The notes under the pieces: generated by a model
What the model was told of the DNA's origin: nothing
Databases searched by the model: none
The model's input: only the letters and a program-made list of their open reading frames with translations
Shown here: piece by piece, positions 57,507-64,000 of the stretch
Numbering within the stretch: the stretch's first letter is position 1
Layout of the letters: every line of letters starts with the position of its first letter
Assembly (NCBI GenBank): GCA_963831755.1
Contig: CAWHRC010000006.1
Location: forward strand, 1,832-65,831
Length of the DNA stretch: 64,000 nucleotides
Origin: an uncultured Acidobacteriota bacterium
Lineage (GTDB): Bacteria > Acidobacteriota > Vicinamibacteria > Fen-336
Reading direction: 5' to 3'
Position numbers and translations under genes: made by a program

Positions 57507-58189
57507 GCAAGATCCTCATTGTGGAAGACGAGCCGGACATGGTGCTCGGGCTCAAGGACAACTTCGAGTTCGAGGGCTACGAGGTCACCACCGCGACCGA
57601 CGGCCAGTCGGGGCTCGAGCGGGCGCGGCAGCTGAAGCCCGACCTGATCGTGCTCGACGTGATGCTGCCGAAGCTGTCGGGCCTCGAGGTCTGCAAGACC
57701 CTGCGCGGCGAGGGCTGGGAAGGTCCGATCCTGATGCTCACCGCCCGCGGCCAGGAGATCGACAAGGTGGTCGGCCTCGAGCTGGGCGCCGACGACTACG
57801 TCACCAAGCCGTTCTCGATCCGCGAGCTGCTGGCCCGCGTGCGGGCGGTCCTGCGCCGCACCGCGGGCAAGAGCAAGCGCCTGGCGAAGTACCGCTTCGC
57901 CGACGTCGAGCTCGACTTCGAGGCCTACAAGGCGGCGAAGGGCGGCCAGGCGCTCGACCTGAGCCCGCGCGAGTTCGAGCTGCTGCGCTACCTGATCGAG
58001 CGCAAGGGCGACACCGTCACCCGCGACCAGCTGCTCGAGGACGTCTGGGGCTACGAGAGCTACCCCTCGACGCGCACCGTGGACACGCACATCGCCAAGC
58101 TGCGCGCGAAGATAGGCGACAGCGGGAGCGAGCCGCGGTGGATCCTGACCATCCACGGCATGGGCTACAAGTTCATCGATCCGGCGTGA
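57503..58189 (+). CDS. OmpR-family response regulator
   Basis: Sequence is ILIVEDEPDM...DLIVLDVMLP...wHTH TVDTHIAKLRAKI. The ATG overlaps the kinase TGA (ATGA). Confidence 0.9.
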   Translation: MSKILIVEDEPDMVLGLKDNFEFEGYEVTTATDGQSGLERARQLKPDLIVLDVMLPKLSGLEVCKTLRGEGWEGPILMLTARGQEIDKVVGLELGADDYVTKPFSIRELLARVRAVLRRTAGKSKRLAKYRFADVELDFEAYKAAKGGQALDLSPREFELLRYLIERKGDTVTRDQLLEDVWGYESYPSTRTVDTHIAKLRAKIGDSGSEPRWILTIHGMGYKFIDPA

Positions 58190-58362
58190 GCCTCTGCGAG
58201 CCGGCCGCCCCGGCTCACGCCGGCCAGCGGCCCCCCTGGCCCGCGGCCCCCGCTCCGCGGGACGAGCGGAGATTCGGGCGCGCCTGCGCCGACGGTGTAA
58301 GTCCCTCGTTGCTTGTAGGATAAGCGAGCCGCTGCTAGAGTCGATCGCGTCAGGCGATCGCG

Positions 58363-59571
58363 ATGGAGTACGTCTGCCGCGTCGGAACAGCCACGGGCGA
58401 GGTCGTCGAGCGCACCTTCCGCGCGCCCGACGAGCGCGCGCTGCGGGCCGACCTCGAGCAGCAGGGCCTGTACCTGCTCTCGGTCCGCCGCGGCCTGCGC
58501 TTCGCGTCGCTGCGCGTGCGCCCGCGGCGGATCAGCCCGCCGCTTCTGCTCGTGTTCTCCCAGGAGCTGGCGTCGCTGCTGAAGGCCGGCCTGCCGCTGT
58601 TCCAGTCGCTCGACGTGATGCTCGACCGGCAGCGGGACCCCCTGTTCCGCCAGTCGCTGGCGTCCGTGCGCGAGAAGGTCAAGTCCGGCGTGGCGCTCTC
58701 GGACGCCGTGCGGCAGGAGGGCGAGCTGTATCCGCCGATCTTCGCGGCCTCGCTGGTGGCGGGCGAGCGCTCGGGCAACCTCGACGCGGTGCTGCGGCGC
58801 TTCGCCGCGCACCTGCGGCTCAACCAGGCGCTGAAGAGGAAGGCGGTCTCCGCGTCGGTCTACCCGATCGTGCTGCTCGTGATGATGGCCACGCTGGTGG
58901 CGGTGATGCTGGTGTTCGTGATCCCGCAGTTCCGGAGCTTCTACCAGGGCCTCGACGTCGAGCTGCCGCTGCCCACGCGCGTGCTGCTGGCGACGGCGGG
59001 GGCGGCTCGCGCCTACCTGGGCTGGATCGTGCTGGCGCTGGTCCTCGGCGCCGCCTTTGTCCTGCAGTGGACGCGGCGGGAGGGAGCGGGCATAGCGCTC
59101 GACGCCGCGCTGCTGCGCCTGCCCTACTTCGGCGGCCTGATGCGCATGTACGCCACCAGCCAGCTGATGCGGACGCTGTCGACCCTGCTGGCCGGCGGCC
59201 TGCCGCTGCTGAACGCGCTCGAGGTGGCGGCGCAGTCGGTGGGCAACCGCGCCCTGGGGCAGGCGGTCGGCGCGGCCAGCGGGCGCATCCGCGAGGGCGC
59301 CAGCCTGACCAGCGCGCTCGAGTCGACGGGCATGCTCGAGGCGCTGCCGCTCGAGATGGTGAAGGTGGGGGAGCAGACGGGTGCCCTCGGCGAGATGCTG
59401 AACGCGATCGCGGAGTTCTACGACGAGGACCTCGAGACGAGGATGGCGACGGTGCTCTCGCTGGTCGAGCCGGTGCTGCTCGTGCTGATGGCGATCATCG
59501 TGGCCGGCATGCTGCTCGCCTTCTACCTGCCCATGTTCCAGGCGATCTCGGCCGTGCAGCGGGTGAGGTGA
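58363..59571 (+). CDS. Type II secretion/type IV pilus platform protein (GspF/PilC family)
   Basis: 402 aa with duplicated T2SSF-type halves (FSQELASLLKAGLPLFQSL... and MRTLSTLLAGGLPLLNAL...). Confidence 0.85.
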   Translation: MEYVCRVGTATGEVVERTFRAPDERALRADLEQQGLYLLSVRRGLRFASLRVRPRRISPPLLLVFSQELASLLKAGLPLFQSLDVMLDRQRDPLFRQSLASVREKVKSGVALSDAVRQEGELYPPIFAASLVAGERSGNLDAVLRRFAAHLRLNQALKRKAVSASVYPIVLLVMMATLVAVMLVFVIPQFRSFYQGLDVELPLPTRVLLATAGAARAYLGWIVLALVLGAAFVLQWTRREGAGIALDAALLRLPYFGGLMRMYATSQLMRTLSTLLAGGLPLLNALEVAAQSVGNRALGQAVGAASGRIREGASLTSALESTGMLEALPLEMVKVGEQTGALGEMLNAIAEFYDEDLETRMATVLSLVEPVLLVLMAIIVAGMLLAFYLPMFQAISAVQRVR

Positions 59572-59575
59572 CGCC

Positions 59576-61216
59576 GTGGCAGAGAGCGGGGCGATGACTA
59601 CCGCCGACGAGGCCGCCCGGGCCCTCAGCACGTCCTCGGAGGAGGAGGCGGCCCGCTCCCTGGCCGGGCGCTACGGCCTGCAGTACGTGGACGTGGCCTC
59701 CTTCGCCCCCGACCCCGAGATCCTCAAGTCGGTGCCGGTGGAGCTGATGTTCCGCTACACCTTCCTGCCCTACAGGCGCGAGGGAGGCCGGCTGGTGCTG
59801 GTCATGGCCGACCCGACCGACATCCCGGTGGTCGACGAGCTGAGCCTCGTGCTGCAGACGCCGATCCAGCCGGCGGTCGGCACCCCCTCGGCGATCCAGG
59901 AGGCGCTCAAGCGCAGCCAGGGCACGCAGCGCGTGCTGGAGCAGGCCTCGGAGTCCTTCAAGATCCAGATCGTCAGGGACGACGACAACGGCGACGAGGT
60001 GCTCTCGATCGACAAGATCCAGGCGGACCAGTCGCCGATCATCCGGCTGGTCGACTCGACCGTGTTCGACGCGCTCAACCGGCGTGCCTCCGACATCCAC
60101 ATCGAGACGCGCGACAACGAGGTCGTGATCAAGTACCGCATCGACGGCGTGCTGCAGCCGGCCATGAAGCCGATCGCCAAGGAGCACCACTCGACGATCA
60201 TCAGCCGCATCAAGGTCATGTCCGAGCTGGACATCGCCGAGAAGCGCGTGCCGCAGGACGGCCGCTTCCGCGTGAAGCTGGGCGGGCGGGCGATCGACTT
60301 CCGCGTCTCGATCATGCCCTCGGTCCACGGCGAGGACGCCGTGATCCGGATCCTGGACAAGGAGAGCCTGTCGAAGCAGTTCGCTTCGCTGCGGCTCGAC
60401 GTGCTGGGCTTCGACGAGCGGGAGCTGGCGCGGTTCCGGCGCTTCATCAGGGAGCCCTACGGCATGGTGCTCGTGACCGGCCCCACGGGCTCGGGCAAGA
60501 CGACGACGCTCTACGCGGCGCTCTCCGAGATCAAGACCGAGGAGGACAAGATCATCACGATCGAGGACCCGGTCGAGTACCAGCTGCGCGGCGTGACGCA
60601 GATCCCGGTCAACGAGAAGAAGGGGCTCACGTTCGCTCGCGGGCTGCGCTCGATCCTGCGCCACGACCCCGACAAGGTGATGGTGGGCGAGATCCGCGAC
60701 CCGGAGACGGCCGACATCGCGATCCAGTCGGCGCTCACCGGGCACCTGGTGTTCACCACGGTGCACGCCAACAACGTGATCGACGTGCTGGGCCGCTTCC
60801 TCAACATGAGGATCGAGCCCTACAACTTCGTGTCGGCGCTCAACTGCGTGCAGGCGCAGCGCCTGGTGCGCACCATCTGCGCGCACTGCAAGCGCGAGCT
60901 GCGCGCGTCGCGCGAGCTTCTGGTCGAGTCGGGGCTGGACCCGGCCGCGTACGCCGACGTGCCCTTCTACGAAGGCGCCGGCTGCATCGAGTGCGGGGGC
61001 ACGGGCTACACGGGGCGCACCGCGATCTGCGAGCTGCTCGACGTGACCGACAACATCCGGGAGCTGATCCTGGCGCGCCGCTCGAGCGCCGACATCAAGC
61101 GGGCGGCGCGCGAGGAGGGCATGGTGTTCCTGCGCGAGTCCGCGGTGAACAAGGCGCTCGCGGGCAGGACGACCCTGCAGGAAATCAACAAGGTCACCTT
61201 CGTGGAGGTGACGTGA
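59576..61216 (+). CDS. GspE/PilB-family secretion ATPase
   Basis: The N-terminal T2SSE_N is LAGRYGLQYVDV...FLPYRREGGRLVLVMADP. Walker A is VTGPTGSGKTTTL. A tetracysteine CAHCK...GCIECGGTG is present. An alternative start is ATG 59594. Confidence 0.9.
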   Translation: MAESGAMTTADEAARALSTSSEEEAARSLAGRYGLQYVDVASFAPDPEILKSVPVELMFRYTFLPYRREGGRLVLVMADPTDIPVVDELSLVLQTPIQPAVGTPSAIQEALKRSQGTQRVLEQASESFKIQIVRDDDNGDEVLSIDKIQADQSPIIRLVDSTVFDALNRRASDIHIETRDNEVVIKYRIDGVLQPAMKPIAKEHHSTIISRIKVMSELDIAEKRVPQDGRFRVKLGGRAIDFRVSIMPSVHGEDAVIRILDKESLSKQFASLRLDVLGFDERELARFRRFIREPYGMVLVTGPTGSGKTTTLYAALSEIKTEEDKIITIEDPVEYQLRGVTQIPVNEKKGLTFARGLRSILRHDPDKVMVGEIRDPETADIAIQSALTGHLVFTTVHANNVIDVLGRFLNMRIEPYNFVSALNCVQAQRLVRTICAHCKRELRASRELLVESGLDPAAYADVPFYEGAGCIECGGTGYTGRTAICELLDVTDNIRELILARRSSADIKRAAREEGMVFLRESAVNKALAGRTTLQEINKVTFVEVT

Positions 61217-62160
61217 GCAGCGCCGGGCCCTTCTCGACGCTGCGGCCGTTCGGCGACCGGCTGTCGCGCGCGTTCCTGCGTGCCCCGCTGCCGCTGGTGG
61301 CGGTCGAGGTCCGTCCGCGCGCCGTGTGCGCGGTGCGCTTGGCGCGGGACGGGGGCCGGCTCGCGCTGGGCGCCGCCGCCGCCAGCGAGCTGCCCGCGGG
61401 TGTGCTCGAGGTCTCGCTCACGAAGCCGAACCTGATCGAGCCGAGCTCGTTCCGGGCAGCGCTGCGCGCGACGCTCGAGCGGGTGGGGGCGCTCTCGGGC
61501 GGCGCCGTGTCGCTGGTGCTGCCCGATCCCTGCGTGCGCCTGGCGCTGGTGCCCGCGGCCGGCCTGCGTGGCCGGGACGCGTCGGAGATCCTGCGCTTCC
61601 AGCTGCACAAGGCGCTGCCGTTTGAGGTGCGCGGCGCGCGGCTGGCGTGGCGCATGCTGGGCGACCAGGCGCTAGTGGCGGTGGCCCCGGACGAGGTCGT
61701 CCTCGGCTACGAGCAGGCGCTCGAGGAGCTGGGCTTTCGGCCGGGCCTGGTCGAAGCCGCCGGCCTCGCGCTCGCGGACGCCACCGCCCCGGCCGAGGCG
61801 GGGGGCGACACGCTGCTCGTGAACTGGGACGCAGGCTACGTTTCCTTCATCCTGCTGCGCGCGGGCCAGCCGCTGCTGATCCGCACCCTGCCGGGGGAGT
61901 CGGGGCCGGATGCGGTGGCGCGGCAGGCGGTCGGGACGCTGCAGTTCCACCAGGACCGGCTCGGGGGGAACGGCGTCGCGGACGTGGTCGTGCGCTCGGC
62001 CGCCTGTCCGGGCGACGACGCGCTGGCCGTCCTCGGCCGGGCGCTCGGCCTGGCGCCGAGGCTGATCGCGCCTTGGGCGGCGCTCGGCCTGGCCGAGACC
62101 GGTGAGTCCGCACAGGCGGTCGCCGGCGCCGCCGCGTCGGTGCTGCGGAGGGCGGCGTGA
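61213..62160 (+). CDS. PilM/GspL-like assembly protein (actin-like fold)
   Basis: The GTG overlaps the upstream TGA. Its position and size match those of PilM/GspL genes. The call is weak and made by eye (LVAVEVRPRAVCAVRL...VSLVLPD...LLVNWDAGYVSFILLR). Confidence 0.55.
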   Translation: MSSAGPFSTLRPFGDRLSRAFLRAPLPLVAVEVRPRAVCAVRLARDGGRLALGAAAASELPAGVLEVSLTKPNLIEPSSFRAALRATLERVGALSGGAVSLVLPDPCVRLALVPAAGLRGRDASEILRFQLHKALPFEVRGARLAWRMLGDQALVAVAPDEVVLGYEQALEELGFRPGLVEAAGLALADATAPAEAGGDTLLVNWDAGYVSFILLRAGQPLLIRTLPGESGPDAVARQAVGTLQFHQDRLGGNGVADVVVRSAACPGDDALAVLGRALGLAPRLIAPWAALGLAETGESAQAVAGAAASVLRRAA

Positions 62161-62729
62161 GCGGTCCGCTCAACCTCGCCCGCCGTCCGCTGCGAAACGA
62201 GCGGCTGCCCACACTGCTGCTGGGTGTGGCTCTCGCCGTGCTCGTGCTCTTGACGGCGCGCCACGCCGTCCTCGCCAGCCAGCTGCGGCAGGGTGGAGCA
62301 CGCGACGTCGAGGGCGAGGTGGTGGCGCTGGACCGCGAGGTGGAGGGGCTGCGTGCCGAGTCGGCGGACCTCCAGCGGACGCCCGCGCCGCGCCCAAAGA
62401 TCGAGGAGTGGACCGCGGTCAAGGAGCTGGTGGACCGTCGGGTGTTCTCCTGGACGGGGCTCTTCGCGGCGCTCGAGGCGGCCCTCCCGCCCCGCGTGCG
62501 CCTGGTCTCCGTCGCCCCCGCGGCGGGCGAGGGGCCGATGCTGCTGTCGCTGGTCGCCGAGGGCCGCGACGTCGACGACGCGATCGCGCTGCTCAAGGCG
62601 CTGCAGGCGAGCGCGAGCTTCGAGGGGGCGTTCCTCGACGGGGTCGGCGACGGCGCCGACGGGGTGCGGATCGGCTGTACGGTCCGCTACCTGGGCGCGC
62701 AGCGCGCGCCGACGCGAGGCGCACCGTGA
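62157..62729 (+). CDS. PilN-like bitopic assembly protein
   Basis: The N-terminus LNLARRPLRNERL is followed by a TM segment (LLLGVALAVLVLL) and a coiled coil. The GTGA overlap links it to the upstream gene. Confidence 0.6.
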   Translation: MSGPLNLARRPLRNERLPTLLLGVALAVLVLLTARHAVLASQLRQGGARDVEGEVVALDREVEGLRAESADLQRTPAPRPKIEEWTAVKELVDRRVFSWTGLFAALEAALPPRVRLVSVAPAAGEGPMLLSLVAEGRDVDDAIALLKALQASASFEGAFLDGVGDGADGVRIGCTVRYLGAQRAPTRGAP

Positions 62730-63307
62730 GCTACGAGCGGCCGTTCTGGCGGCGCTGGCTGCTGCCCGCCTGCCTCGCGCTCCTGGGGCTGAACCTCGTC
62801 GCCGCGGTGGCCTGGACGCTGCCGCGCGGCTTGCGCCAGCGCAACGCTGGCGCTCGGGCGGAGGCGGCACGCGCCGAGGCCCGGCTGCAGCGGCAGGCGA
62901 CCGCGGCCCTGCGTGAGCGCGCCTCGGCGATCCGCGCGGACACGGCGGACGTCGAGCGCTTCTACGCGCGCTTCGCCGGCAGCGAGCGGAAGGACCTGAT
63001 CCCGACGCTCGAGGCCGTCGAGACGATGGCGCGCTCTCCCGGCCTCAGGCCCGGCACGCGCTCGTTCGCCCGCGAGCCGGTGAAGGGCACGCCCCTCGAA
63101 CGGGTCGCCATCACGCTGCCGCTCTCGGGCTCGTACGACCAGCTGATCGGCTTCCTGCGGGAGGTCGAGCGCTCGCCGCGCTTCCTGACGGTGGACGGCG
63201 TGTCGATGCACGGGGAGCCCGGCAGCGCGAAGCTGCAGGTGGAGCTGAGCACCTACCTGAAGCTGGCGCCGGGGGAGCTGGTGGCGAGGGGCGGCCGTGT
63301 CCGGTAG
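62726..63307 (+). CDS. PilO/GspM-like bitopic assembly protein
   Basis: It has a TM segment (WLLPACLALLGLNLVAAVAW), a coiled coil, and a ferredoxin-like C-terminus (ITLPLSGSYDQLIGFLREVE). The GTGA overlap links it to the upstream gene. Confidence 0.55.
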   Translation: MSYERPFWRRWLLPACLALLGLNLVAAVAWTLPRGLRQRNAGARAEAARAEARLQRQATAALRERASAIRADTADVERFYARFAGSERKDLIPTLEAVETMARSPGLRPGTRSFAREPVKGTPLERVAITLPLSGSYDQLIGFLREVERSPRFLTVDGVSMHGEPGSAKLQVELSTYLKLAPGELVARGGRVR

Positions 63308-63770
63308 GGGGGGCGAGCGCGGCGTCACCTACCTCGAGCTGGTGGCGACGGCCGCCATCCTGATGATCCTGGCATCGGCGATACTTCCGCTCGGCCGGGT
63401 CGCGCACCGGCGGGTGCAGGAGCTGGAGCTGCGGCGGGACCTGAGGACGATCCGGGAGGCCATCAATCGCTACAAGACGGCCGTGGACCAGGGGCAGATC
63501 GGCGGGACCGACGTCAGGCTCGGCAGCGAGGGCTACCCGCCCGACCTCGAGACGCTGGTCAAGGGCGTGAACCGGGTCGGCGCCGCGGACCGCAAGCTCA
63601 AGTTCCTGCGGCGCCTGCCGGTCGACCCGATGACCGGAACGGCCGAGTGGGGACAGCGCTGCTATCAGGACGACCCGGACAGCACGTCCTGGTGCGGCGA
63701 GAACGTCTGGGACGTCTACTCGAAGAGCTCGGCGAAGGCGCTCGATGGAACGACCTACGACACCTGGTGA
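63297..63770 (+). CDS. Pseudopilin with an atypical prepilin leader (G/VTYLELVATAAILMIL)
   Basis: A Gly lies before the hydrophobic helix and Glu is at +5. The start is GTG and it overlaps the previous gene by 11 nt. Confidence 0.6.
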   Translation: MSGRGGERGVTYLELVATAAILMILASAILPLGRVAHRRVQELELRRDLRTIREAINRYKTAVDQGQIGGTDVRLGSEGYPPDLETLVKGVNRVGAADRKLKFLRRLPVDPMTGTAEWGQRCYQDDPDSTSWCGENVWDVYSKSSAKALDGTTYDTW

Positions 63771-64000
63771 GCGCCGGCGCGGCACGCCGGGCTTCACGCT
63801 GATCGAGCTGATCGTCGTGGTGACGCTGATCTCGATCCTGGCCGCGATCGCGCTGCCGAACTTCAAGGTGGCGATCATCCAGGCGAAGGAGGCGACGCTG
63901 AAGGAGGACCTCTACCGCCTGCGCGACCTGATCGACCAGTACTACGTCGACAAGGGACAGTACCCCTCCTCGCTCGACGCGCTGGTGGAGGACGGCTACC
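63745..64000 (+). CDS. GspG-like major pseudopilin, 5' part (continues beyond the window; not in the ORF track)
   Basis: Own translation from ATG 63745: MERPTTPGERRRGTPGFTLIELIVVVTLISILAAIALPNFKVAIIQAKEATLKEDLYRLRDLIDQYYVDKGQYPSSLDALVEDGY. It has the canonical G/FTLIEL prepilin motif. Confidence 0.8.
   Translation, partial: MERPTTPGERRRGTPGFTLIELIVVVTLISILAAIALPNFKVAIIQAKEATLKEDLYRLRDLIDQYYVDKGQYPSSLDALVEDGY

Overview
This is a high-GC bacterial chromosomal segment. Spot counts of single 60-nt lines gave about 70% G+C over most of the window; no full computation was done. The gene content (PilZ protein, Hanks kinase, PP2C phosphatase, ECF-type sigma factor, pilus-like secretion genes) suggests a Myxococcota-like soil bacterium, but taxonomy cannot be established from here.

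**Part 1, about 1-14.1 kb: accessory/mobile region.**
- It opens with a visibly less GC-rich six-gene minus-strand cassette that is translationally coupled. The genes are an excisionase-type HTH, a SIS-SIS-HAD fusion, a PRTase-like protein, a P-loop NTPase, an unknown Rossmann-like protein and a PfkB-like kinase that runs off the window edge.
- I cannot assign this cassette to any named system. It is my best candidate for the undescribed system.
- Next to it are a frameshifted ImmA/IrrE peptidase gene, a scrambled Ser/Thr kinase gene, an orphan type IV coupling protein and an AlpA regulator.
- The region ends with an intact IS3-family element inserted next to, or into, a 5'-truncated IS66 transposase remnant.

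**Part 2, about 14-45 kb: mixed housekeeping and accessory genes.**
- It includes an ArsR-rhodanese/DsrE/SQR/cysteine-desulfurase sulfide module, LigD and a minimal-nucleotidyltransferase gene pair.
- It also holds an SGNH hydrolase, a TetR/SDR pair, an ABC exporter, an OMF-MFP-RND efflux operon and several regulators.
- A striking subset of these genes needs several frame changes each to be read, while equally long neighbours are intact.

**Part 3, about 45-64 kb: apparently intact genes.**
- These are trmO, a YciI/ECF-like sigma pair, a radical-SAM plus tandem-NTF2 pair, a PilZ protein and smpB.
- A histidine kinase/OmpR-type regulator pair follows.
- The window ends in a T2SS/T4P-like cluster (F, E, M/L-like, N-like, O/M-like, two pseudopilins) that continues beyond the window.

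No rRNA, tRNA or CRISPR array was found by eye. Many long ORFs in the six-frame track are antisense shadow ORFs typical of GC-rich DNA and were rejected.
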